Assembly (NCBI GenBank): GCA_030650605.1
Contig: JAUSDP010000100.1
Location: 16,383-80,382 of the forward strand
Direction of reading: 5' to 3'
Origin: a bacterium
GTDB lineage: Bacteria; Patescibacteriota; Minisyncoccia; Phycocordibacterales; Zambryskibacteraceae
Length of the DNA: 64,000 nucleotides
Shown here: piece by piece, positions 47,388-55,682 of the stretch
How the letters are laid out: the number at the start of each line of letters is the position of its first letter
Numbering within the stretch: the first letter of the stretch is position 1
Made by a program: the position numbers and the translations under genes
Notes under the pieces: model-generated
What the model saw: the letters and a program-made list of their open reading frames with translations, nothing else
Told to the model about the DNA's origin: nothing
Databases searched by the model: none

Positions 47388-48377
47388 ATGCTATCGCTAC
47401 CTGCTGCCTTTCTTGCTGAATTTGGAACTCCAATGGCACCGCCTTCAGCGGATCAGATAATCAGTGGAAGTGATGAGGAGATCACATTCGTACTACTTGA
47501 GCGGTGCCAAGCTTTAGTTATAAAAGCTTTAAGTGATAGCCGATATAAAGACATTCGAGTCAACGCGATATGCTTACCAAAATTTGAACCTCGGGTATTC
47601 ACTTATTGGAGGCAAGACGATCCCAATAACTATGTAATCTCATGCAACATTGGTACCGCAGCGCTCATTCGACGAATCCTGGTCGACGCGAATTTTCATG
47701 AGCTGCTCCCGAATAGCTGCGTCCTACTGCGCACGCTGCATCCCGATGATGTTTTGACCATTGCAATCTCACTGATACTTTGCACACTTCTCTACCACGA
47801 GCTGGCACACGTTGTTCGTTTTCACCTGCCCTATAAGATCTCATGTGCTGGTGAAATGAATCGAAATATGGAAGAGATAAAAGGTATGTGTGAGGTCGAT
47901 GCTGATAAGTGGTGTTCATATTTAATTGCACCAGAGATTTCATCTCAAGCAGCAGGAATTAAATGTGCAATAGCGAACGTTTTAAATATGGAACAGGAGC
48001 ATATTCTCAGAGAAGTATTGTCGTTGTATGGTCTGGTGCTTCACTTGTGGTTTAGCTTTTTTAACAAAACGATGTTCCGCATATCCTCCTTCTATCCACA
48101 TCCCCTCATAAGATCAACCAGAATTGCTGTTGGGGCCGCAGACAACATTGATCGCAAATTAATTGCTCCGCACCTCGCCATAGAGCGGGCCGCATTTGTA
48201 TTAGAGGAATTAGCAAGCATAGAGGAGTTACTACTATCGAAAGCGGGTATCGATCAGAAACCATTTGATCTGGCAGATGAAATGAGTGCGATTGAAACCC
48301 GCTTCGATGAGGTTTCACGAGTACTTGATCCTGAACTCGCAGAAATGGTTCTAAAATGGAGTAAGAGTTCTGTCTAA
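47388..48377 (+). CDS. Hypothetical protein with an HExxH motif (possible ImmA/IrrE-like zinc metallopeptidase)
   Basis: LLYHELAHVV contains HExxH. No other support. Confidence 0.3.
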   Translation: MLSLPAAFLAEFGTPMAPPSADQIISGSDEEITFVLLERCQALVIKALSDSRYKDIRVNAICLPKFEPRVFTYWRQDDPNNYVISCNIGTAALIRRILVDANFHELLPNSCVLLRTLHPDDVLTIAISLILCTLLYHELAHVVRFHLPYKISCAGEMNRNMEEIKGMCEVDADKWCSYLIAPEISSQAAGIKCAIANVLNMEQEHILREVLSLYGLVLHLWFSFFNKTMFRISSFYPHPLIRSTRIAVGAADNIDRKLIAPHLAIERAAFVLEELASIEELLLSKAGIDQKPFDLADEMSAIETRFDEVSRVLDPELAEMVLKWSKSSV

Positions 48378-48378
48378 A

Positions 48379-48729
48379 TTAAGTTGAATCGTGCACCGCA
48401 CCTTCAGCAATCGCCAGTGCGAACCCCCTTTCAATACTTCTTATTATGCGTTCTAGCTTAACTACCCGTTCTGCATCAATATCGCCGTTTTTTTGTAGTT
48501 GCTGCATTTGTGCTCGAACAAAGCCAATACCATCAACCGCGGCCGATTCGAGTATTGCATAGAAGCGCCCTTGTAGAAGCGCGTTACGCAACAGCACATC
48601 TTCTTTTGCATGGGGATTCATAGAGGCTAAGCCAAATCGCGGATGAGCCAATGCTGCAATGCTTGTCGTTGCGTTTTCAGTTGCGCCCGAGGGATGGACA
48701 TTAAGTGATTTGACGTCGATATTGGACAT
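48379..48729 (-). CDS. Hypothetical protein, 116 aa
   Basis: ORF only. Confidence 0.3.
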   Translation of the reverse strand: MSNIDVKSLNVHPSGATENATTSIAALAHPRFGLASMNPHAKEDVLLRNALLQGRFYAILESAAVDGIGFVRAQMQQLQKNGDIDAERVVKLERIIRSIERGFALAIAEGAVHDST

Positions 48730-49059
48730 GATGCATTGTCTGAAATATGCAGCGATTTGTCCAGAAAGTACTTGGACAAATCGATTTCGAGGAATTTATT
48801 AGACCAAAATTTTCCAATCTAATTAAAATTGCCACATATTTTGTGGCTAATTTCAATTGGCTTCCACAAACCTTTAACTACGTTTCCGAACTCGACTTTC
48901 GATGAGATTCAGCTTCACGACCAAATGAATGGCCAACTTACAAAACTCTTCCGGTTCAAAACCGACTGATTCGGCCGCAGCTGTCATTGAACCGAAATCA
49001 GTAGGGTGACACTCAAGAAATAAGGGAACCGATTGTGGCGGTGTTGGCAATGTCATAAA

Positions 49060-49467
49060 TCACTCTCTGGGAATCAAATCTATAATTTTTGCGGCCACGT
49101 TTTTCTGAACTCGGACAGACAGATAGTCGCAATTACTGGAAATTTCTATTGCGGGGTCATTCAGCGCTGTTCTAAGATCCGTCATTTTGTTTACTGATGC
49201 CTCGCATATGTTTCTGTATTCTTTTCGAAGGCTTCGGATAAGTGCTACATCGTCACCGTCATCGACATTAGTTATGACCGCATTTCCCAACATTTTCCCT
49301 GGAACCAAATCAGCTAGGATTTTGGAATTCTCTGCTTCACCCGCTGGCAAACGAATCACAACGGATACATATTTTTCAGATCCAGGATTGATGTTGGCCG
49401 CGCTCGAAAAATTTGGTGACATCAACAAAGTTGATAGCAAAAATAACATACATGGATTCTTAAACAT
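49060..49467 (-). CDS. Secreted hypothetical protein, 135 aa
   Basis: Signal peptide MFKNPCMLFLLSTLLMSPNFSSAAN. Confidence 0.35.
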   Translation of the reverse strand: MFKNPCMLFLLSTLLMSPNFSSAANINPGSEKYVSVVIRLPAGEAENSKILADLVPGKMLGNAVITNVDDGDDVALIRSLRKEYRNICEASVNKMTDLRTALNDPAIEISSNCDYLSVRVQKNVAAKIIDLIPRE

Positions 49468-49497
49468 TTGAAGCTCCTAATAATTACTTCGTTAAAA

Positions 49498-49836
49498 TTA
49501 AAGTGAGGCCGCGATAGAAATTGCAAGTAATGCAAGGAAAATTGCAGCAATTTTGATACCAAAAAGAACTGAAATCAGAACGACACCGGCCAGGATACAA
49601 ATGGTCTTTGGAAAAGCTTTTACGACGTCGAAACAAATGTGAGCAATCGGACGCACTATTTCTAGCGCTAGGTTCTGCAAGTTTCGAGACGTCCCGATCA
49701 TGAGAACAAAAAACAAAGTGGCAATCTGGACTGAGGGACCGAAAAATAAAGATGTGAGTGCGAAGCCCATCAAGAGGGGGATCACGTAAGGGAAATCCAG
49801 TGCAATGTCGAATGTGGATGGTCTTTTGTTTTTCAT
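49498..49836 (-). CDS. Small integral membrane protein, 112 aa
   Basis: Three hydrophobic helices. Confidence 0.35.
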   Translation of the reverse strand: MKNKRPSTFDIALDFPYVIPLLMGFALTSLFFGPSVQIATLFFVLMIGTSRNLQNLALEIVRPIAHICFDVVKAFPKTICILAGVVLISVLFGIKIAAIFLALLAISIAASL

Positions 49837-50037
49837 TTTAAATCTCCAAGTTGTTTGTCAGTAACTACAGTATAGTATAAGTTATTAATTAAGTATAGTA
49901 TAAAAACATAATAATATACATTGTTGTTGTTTGGCTTCAATAATATATTTCAGCTCCGAAAATAGCGTCCGTAAACGTCAATGTTGTGTTGTCAGGAAGC
50001 TTTTTACTATATAGACTATTAATTACTTAGTTTATAA

Positions 50038-51051
50038 ATGAAATCTATGCCACACCACACTTTTCAAATGAATCCCTTACGCGCTGCGCGCAAAGCACGG
50101 AATCTGACACTTCAATATGTTGCGGACATAATGCGCATCCGCGGACATAGGTATCCCCTAAGCGAAATCTGCAATCTAGAAAAACACACGGATACTAATG
50201 CTGAAACCAAATTTAAGATTGCTGAAATCATCGAGGCAATAGAGTCCAGCTCAAATATCAAAATGATTTCATCGGATTTCGATAACTTAAAACTCACAAA
50301 AGAGAACCTAAGAAGATTGCGACAGCATTTGGGATTCACGACAAATGAGGTTGCTCAAGTTTGCAGAGCGGTTGGGATTCGTGACGGAAAAGGTCTCTCA
50401 AATATCAGTTACGTTTTGTACGAGACCGGAAAACTGACCCCGAATCCTGAGGTGTGGGATCTTTTAAATTCATTTCTTTCGGAGCCGAAACCAGTGGCGA
50501 AACTATATAAAATGTTAGACAAAGATATCCCTGAAAATCGCCGTGGACCCAAGTCAAGCATAGGCCCAGTTAGTCTTCGTATAGTGGAAAACGTTGTCGA
50601 TCTTGATGGCACATTTGCGACGCTGATGGGACTCGGCAACATCGCAAGAATCCAAAAAGACGATTTGTACTCAATTTTTGGAAGCGTGAACTTAGGGGAA
50701 CTGGATGCAAAGAAGGATTTGAATTCAGGCCTTTCGAGACTCGATGACTTGGTAGTCCTGAGAGCTAAGAAAATAGAAGAGATCGCGGGAATGCTTCCGT
50801 CGCCAGCATCTTTAAAAGAGATCCGCGGATGGCACAAGATCACTCAAAGCGAGTTGGGCGACAAGATTTTGGCCGATGATCTCCCGAATTTAAATGCGGA
50901 CTACATTTCGCGTTTCGAGAACAATGCCGCCAAGTTTTCAGAGGAAACTTGGAGTCAAATTTTGAAAACATTAAAAAAGTTTGCACAAAAAATTGATGAT
51001 GATTACAACCAGTCTAGGTTGTCTGTGAAAGAAAAATATGGCAACAAATAA
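50038..51051 (+). CDS. Protein with three XRE-like helix-turn-helix repeats, 337 aa
   Basis: HTH-like segments LRAARKARNLTLQYVADIM, LRRLRQHLGFTTNEVAQVC and LKEIRGWHKITQSELGDKI. Confidence 0.4.
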   Translation: MKSMPHHTFQMNPLRAARKARNLTLQYVADIMRIRGHRYPLSEICNLEKHTDTNAETKFKIAEIIEAIESSSNIKMISSDFDNLKLTKENLRRLRQHLGFTTNEVAQVCRAVGIRDGKGLSNISYVLYETGKLTPNPEVWDLLNSFLSEPKPVAKLYKMLDKDIPENRRGPKSSIGPVSLRIVENVVDLDGTFATLMGLGNIARIQKDDLYSIFGSVNLGELDAKKDLNSGLSRLDDLVVLRAKKIEEIAGMLPSPASLKEIRGWHKITQSELGDKILADDLPNLNADYISRFENNAAKFSEETWSQILKTLKKFAQKIDDDYNQSRLSVKEKYGNK

Positions 51052-51399
51052 TAATAAATTTAATCCGAAATCGTTCAGTGTCCGATTGGAGAATGTTTTC
51101 AGGTTTATTCGCGAGAGACCAAAAACGGCTTTAGTTCTCTTCGTTCTGTTGTGTGCGGTTCCCTTGATTTTAATTTTTGGGTCCTCGCATCAAACAAAAG
51201 TGGAGCCTAAGAAATCTGGCCTTGGGGGCATGTATGAGCGGGCAGCGGAAACGATTGATCAGAAAAATCAATAAGGTCGGTAGATTTAGAATATTAGTTG
51301 TTGTCCATCGCAGATGCATTGATTTTCATTACACACGCGGTCTAACAATTCTAAAAATAGTGCAATAATAGTTCATACAAAGTGCATAGAGGAGCAGAT

Positions 51400-51816
51400 A
51401 TGGCTACAGCAGAAATAGCCGTCCCAGCCGGTGAGACAGTTCCTGTATTTGATCGAAATTTTGATGGGTTCATGAATTTCCTCAATTCGGAGGCGAGCCC
51501 GTCGATTTCCCCAAAACAATTCGGACTTGTTTTCAGGATTGATATGCAGACCCTCGCAGCGCAGGCACACGTTCACATGAACACCGTCAGGCTGGCACCG
51601 AACACCGAGACCATCCAGTCGCACCTGCGTGAATCGGTGCGCGTGATACGCGCTGCCGCCGATATTTCTGGCAGCATCGAAAAGGCGATTTACTGGTTCA
51701 AGAATCATCCGCTGCCGACTTTCGATTATAAGATGCCGCAGGACCTCGTTGCAGAAAAGCGCACCGAAGCACTCATCAAGTATATCCAGTCGCTCCAGGC
51801 CGGTTACACCGGATGA
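51400..51816 (+). CDS. ParS/MbcA/Xre-like antitoxin (DUF2384 C-terminal domain), apparently orphaned
   Basis: C-terminal SIEKAIYWFKNHPLPTFDYKMPQDLVAEKRTEALIKYIQSLQAGY matches the DUF2384 toxin-neutralising domain pattern. No intact RES toxin gene follows. Confidence 0.45.
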   Translation: MATAEIAVPAGETVPVFDRNFDGFMNFLNSEASPSISPKQFGLVFRIDMQTLAAQAHVHMNTVRLAPNTETIQSHLRESVRVIRAAADISGSIEKAIYWFKNHPLPTFDYKMPQDLVAEKRTEALIKYIQSLQAGYTG

Positions 51817-52322
51817 TTTTGGGTCTAAAACTAAACGACTAGGGTCTAAAACTAAACGATTCAAATTCTAATTCCCCCAAATTCGAGGGAATTAGAAATG
51901 AGGTTGGGCGAAACAGTTTCTTTATATCAGCCAAGAAATGGATAGGCGCGACCGATGCTATTGGTTTGCATGCCAAGACAGGGAGCTACGGCGGCTCTTA
52001 CGCCCATAAAGATGTCGCACAGCCGTGGTGTATGCCAGGGCGAGGACGACTTGCTCAATTCCACTGTTGCCATTCCAAATCAGGGTCTAAAACTAATACA
52101 AAACAGACTATTATTAGTGATTCACACATCCAGTATTCGCTTACTTATTATTCAACTTTTCAGCTTGGTATAAATCATATTGCAATCCCCGCAGCGCCAG
52201 TAACGACACGTTGAAGTGTAACGCGGCCTACACCAAGACGTATTGGCTGTATTATGAACTATGATCGAAGCACAATTACCCCGATGGCTTATCTAGTAAC
52301 CTCAGGGCGTTATCTAGTAACC

Positions 52323-52634
52323 TCAGATGCCTGAGGGATCATTGCTCAAAGCAAGAAGTTCGCCAACCATCAAATCAATTTGTGTTTGCGGAAGAGATGG
52401 GAACGGTAAATTGGTCCGTCCAAGTAAATCCAGTAATTGCCCGTGATATCTAAGTCGAAGCGAATCCATTGCTTCGACTGAGCTGATTTCAGCATTTGAA
52501 TATTGAACGAGAGTGTTGATCGTGTGTTTGTCGCCGGCAATCAAATTTACGACCGCTTTGCGCATGCCAGTCGGATGCGATTTCCATATTTTGTAAACTC
52601 TATATTTAGCTTTTCGATTTTTCATCTTCGGCAT
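52323..52634 (-). CDS. Hypothetical small protein (possible toxin-like partner of 52606..53112); start uncertain
   Basis: ORF 52323..52703 trimmed to the internal ATG at 52634. It overlaps the upstream gene by about 29 nt. Confidence 0.25.
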   Translation of the reverse strand: MPKMKNRKAKYRVYKIWKSHPTGMRKAVVNLIAGDKHTINTLVQYSNAEISSVEAMDSLRLRYHGQLLDLLGRTNLPFPSLPQTQIDLMVGELLALSNDPSGI

Positions 52635-53112
52635 CCAGTGCACTGTGCATCTGCGCAGAGATTGTAAGCGGCGCATCAAAATCAGCAGCAATAGAAATAG
52701 CACCCTTCAGCGAGCCAGCTCGTCTCGTTGGTTTTTTTTCATTTTGAGCGATAATTTTAAGTTTTTGAACAATAACATTGTTGCTCTCCGCTTTTAAGGC
52801 AACAGCTTCCGGAACTGGAAATCCCAAGTCCAGAAAAACATTTCCACCAACAGGCGTAACGATAGAGGATTGCACTGACGCTGCAAAATCTGATTCCTCC
52901 AAAGCAGGCTTCTTTAACGCCTCTGCCATCTTTTCGAGTACAGAACTGAGTCCATCAATTCCTTCATTGGAAAAAACGCTGACGGGATTTTCGGTATAGC
53001 CGTTTGGATGCCCATCTTTGTCATAGTAAACTTCATGAATCTGATGATAGGGTTCTCCATCTTCGTCGATGAATTTCATCACGCGGTAGTTCCAAGTCAT
53101 TGGCTTTTTCAA
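52606..53112 (-). CDS. Hypothetical protein with C-terminal AbrB/MazE-like antitoxin-type motif
   Basis: The C-terminal RRAGSLKGAISIAADFDAPL resembles the conserved swapped-hairpin (...GKIWIADDFDAPL) segment of some type II antitoxins. N-terminal domain unknown. Confidence 0.3.
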   Translation of the reverse strand: MKKPMTWNYRVMKFIDEDGEPYHQIHEVYYDKDGHPNGYTENPVSVFSNEGIDGLSSVLEKMAEALKKPALEESDFAASVQSSIVTPVGGNVFLDLGFPVPEAVALKAESNNVIVQKLKIIAQNEKKPTRRAGSLKGAISIAADFDAPLTISAQMHSALDAEDEKSKS

Positions 53113-53114
53113 GT

Positions 53115-53921
53115 TTAAATTTCTATTATAAAATTAGGATCGAAATCAACGTTTTCCCCTTGTCCACTCGATAAATGATACCCGCGCGGATTGCATACAA
53201 CCCTGCAAGAACCGATTTCATAATCGGATGACGTATGCATATGGCCGTGCATCCAAAGATCCGCCTGCGATGCCAATTCATCCAAATTGGACGCATAGGC
53301 GGCCGAGATAATGTCCGCTAAAAACCGTTCTGGAACCGATAGCATTGACGGTGCCATGTGCGTAACGACTACCGTCTTGCCGGCGAATGGTTCCGCGAGC
53401 TTGTCTCGAATCCAATTGCGCTGCTCTGCATGAAAACGTGCGGTATCTGGCGTCCTCATTTTTTTGTATCCACGACTCTCCAGGCGGATACGGTGGTAGT
53501 CGTTCATACCATTCTCGGCTTCATACATCGCGGCTTGTCTTTTATCGGCGCCAAACAAATTGAAGTCTGTCCAGAGCGTCGCGCCTAGGAACCGTACATC
53601 GCCTAGGCGCCATTCTTTGGAATTCAAAAATTGGACATTCTCAGTAAGCTGGCAGGCATCTTCAATATCTCTTTGTGCTTGCTCCAGCTTGTGTCCATAG
53701 CCTTCGTGGTTACCATGCACGTACAGCACCGGAATCCCAGAAAACGTCTGTGTTGCCCAAGGAATTGCTTTGGCGCCAGTATGAATGTCGCCAGCCAGGA
53801 TCACCACATCGGGCCGACTCAAATTGATATCGACCTGCAGTGCGGTTTTTCCCCAATGCTCCAGATGGAGATCCGATAGAACTAAGAGTCTCAATTCAGT
53901 GCTCTCCTGGGCGCCATGCAT
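53115..53921 (-). CDS. Calcineurin-like metallophosphoesterase, 268 aa (paralog 2 of 4)
   Basis: SDLHLE, LAGDIHTG, VHGNHEGYG, VVTHMAP and HGHMHTS. Confidence 0.7.
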   Translation of the reverse strand: MHGAQESTELRLLVLSDLHLEHWGKTALQVDINLSRPDVVILAGDIHTGAKAIPWATQTFSGIPVLYVHGNHEGYGHKLEQAQRDIEDACQLTENVQFLNSKEWRLGDVRFLGATLWTDFNLFGADKRQAAMYEAENGMNDYHRIRLESRGYKKMRTPDTARFHAEQRNWIRDKLAEPFAGKTVVVTHMAPSMLSVPERFLADIISAAYASNLDELASQADLWMHGHMHTSSDYEIGSCRVVCNPRGYHLSSGQGENVDFDPNFIIEI

Positions 53922-54076
53922 TCAAGTGCCATCTGCAAAGCTTTTACGATTTCTGGCTGAGTTGGTGAATACCCGTCCTGGCGTTGGACACTAATAGTCA
54001 CAGTTTCGGGATCACTGATCATGGTTTCGCGCTGCTTGCCGACGGCAATAATTTCGATTTTTAAGGTCATTATTAT

Positions 54077-54427
54077 TTACTTTTTAAGTTGCATCGATAT
54101 CGTAAAATTTGGAGAGCCTGGCTTGCTTAACCAAGAGCCCATGCGCACGATTTTTGTTTCGAAAACCAATCCTGATAACTCGATTTCAAGTTCGTAGCGG
54201 GTGTTTTGCGATGGTGAAATGGTGTTATCGGAACGGTTATCCGCAATACATATATTTTCTGTTTCCTCAATGGTCTGCACAAACGTAAGTAACAAAGCAG
54301 AGTCGAAATGATTATTCAATTTTGCTTTAACTTTTCTGTTTTCTCGATCTATGACGTATTCGACGAATAGATCTGGGATTTGGAGCCCAATGTGTTTAAA
54401 GTAAATTCGATTCCCATTCATACTCAT
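54077..54427 (-). CDS. Hypothetical protein, 116 aa, last gene of the MPP-exonuclease operon
   Basis: 4-nt overlap with the exonuclease gene upstream. Confidence 0.35.
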   Translation of the reverse strand: MSMNGNRIYFKHIGLQIPDLFVEYVIDRENRKVKAKLNNHFDSALLLTFVQTIEETENICIADNRSDNTISPSQNTRYELEIELSGLVFETKIVRMGSWLSKPGSPNFTISMQLKK

Positions 54428-54933
54428 AATTCGTCCGCGCCTTTTTTTAATAGTTGTGCAAGCAGTGTTTCAGAATCGCGCGGGCGATAAGCAAACCTAT
54501 TCGCTCTGGCATCTGACAGCGCATGGTGTTGGACCTCTGAAGGATTTTTTTTAAAATATTCGTACAAGAGCAATTCATTAAAATCTGATCCACAAAGTCT
54601 CGGCTTCACCCAACTCGGAATCCGGTATTGAATCACCTGAGAAAACAGATCCCAATCTGCTGTGTAATCAAAACAGACTATGATGTCTTCATCTTTTCTT
54701 CTTATAATTTCAAGCCATGTCTGAATCCTCCGCGGCATTTCACTGAGTGAACAAAAGGCGTTTGGTTCTCGCCCCAAGTATGGGATCACCGCCTCTCTCA
54801 CAAATGCAGTGCATTTATTGTCCGGGTACGGAACTTCGGCATAAAACTCTTCACCTGTGTCCGCGACCATGCCAATGCTGATAAGGATCGGATCCAATAG
54901 GTCGGTGAATTCAGTATCAATGAATACGTTCAT
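54424..54933 (-). CDS. DEDDh-family 3'-5' exonuclease (DnaQ/RNase T-like), 169 aa
   Basis: Exo I FIDTEFTD, Exo II CFDYTADWDLF and Exo III HHALSDARAN (H-x4-D). Confidence 0.6.
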   Translation of the reverse strand: MNVFIDTEFTDLLDPILISIGMVADTGEEFYAEVPYPDNKCTAFVREAVIPYLGREPNAFCSLSEMPRRIQTWLEIIRRKDEDIIVCFDYTADWDLFSQVIQYRIPSWVKPRLCGSDFNELLLYEYFKKNPSEVQHHALSDARANRFAYRPRDSETLLAQLLKKGADEL

Positions 54934-55682
54934 TTGGAAACCATCTTTTCTCTATGTTGTTGACGTTGTGCATCCTGTTCACCAGGCCTTATGATTTCGA
55001 TTTCCCATGTCTCGGTATCCAAAGACGTGATGCCTCGCAGACCCACGCCATAGGGCCGGAATCCTTCCTGCGCTGGATACTTTAAGCTGTCGTGTTGATG
55101 GCCGTGGAATGATTTTAGAAGCCGTTGGTTGCCGATACCTAAGTTGCGGGCGAGGTCACTGATCAAATCGGATCCATACGGATGGGCCCCTGGCGCGTCG
55201 TGCGTAATCAGGACATCCGCGCGTTCACCAATCAGGCCGAAATACTCATTTGGGAAAATGGTACTGCGATGTTTAAGCGGCAGCCCACCACGCCAATGAT
55301 TACCTTTTCCACATTTCTTAAGGTATTCGGCCGGTGATTCGAATTCAGGATTGTCCTGGGGCATCCATACCTTCGATCTGAATACTCCTCCGAGTCCAGC
55401 AATACGGATTCCGGCGATTTCGACAACGCGTGAATGTAGATTTCTATCTGAAAGTTTTGAGTGGAATAGGTTGTCGTAATCTGACTCAGAGTCCGTGTCG
55501 TGATTTCCAGGGATCCACCAGATTTCAGTTAGTGAGATGATCTCGACTAGTTCAATTTCTAGCGATCGCAGCGCCTGTTGATCACCCAATAAAATGACAG
55601 CTGCCGGCCTGTGGTCTCTCACAGCTTTGATGATGTGATTAAAGTGGCCGTGAGGATCGCCACAGAAAAAGATTGTGCCCAT
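54930..55682 (-). CDS. Calcineurin-like metallophosphoesterase, 250 aa (paralog 3 of 4)
   Basis: CGDPHGH, LLGDQ, IPGNHD, LITHDAP and HGHQHDS. Confidence 0.65.
   Translation of the reverse strand: MGTIFFCGDPHGHFNHIIKAVRDHRPAAVILLGDQQALRSLEIELVEIISLTEIWWIPGNHDTDSESDYDNLFHSKLSDRNLHSRVVEIAGIRIAGLGGVFRSKVWMPQDNPEFESPAEYLKKCGKGNHWRGGLPLKHRSTIFPNEYFGLIGERADVLITHDAPGAHPYGSDLISDLARNLGIGNQRLLKSFHGHQHDSLKYPAQEGFRPYGVGLRGITSLDTETWEIEIIRPGEQDAQRQQHREKMVSK

Noticed and set aside
51373-51864. 163-aa minus-strand ORF overlapping the DUF2384 antitoxin gene
   Set aside because: It is antisense to a + strand ORF with a clear conserved C-terminal domain. Its translation runs through the tandem DNA repeats (LVLDPSRLVLDP), so it looks like an artefact.
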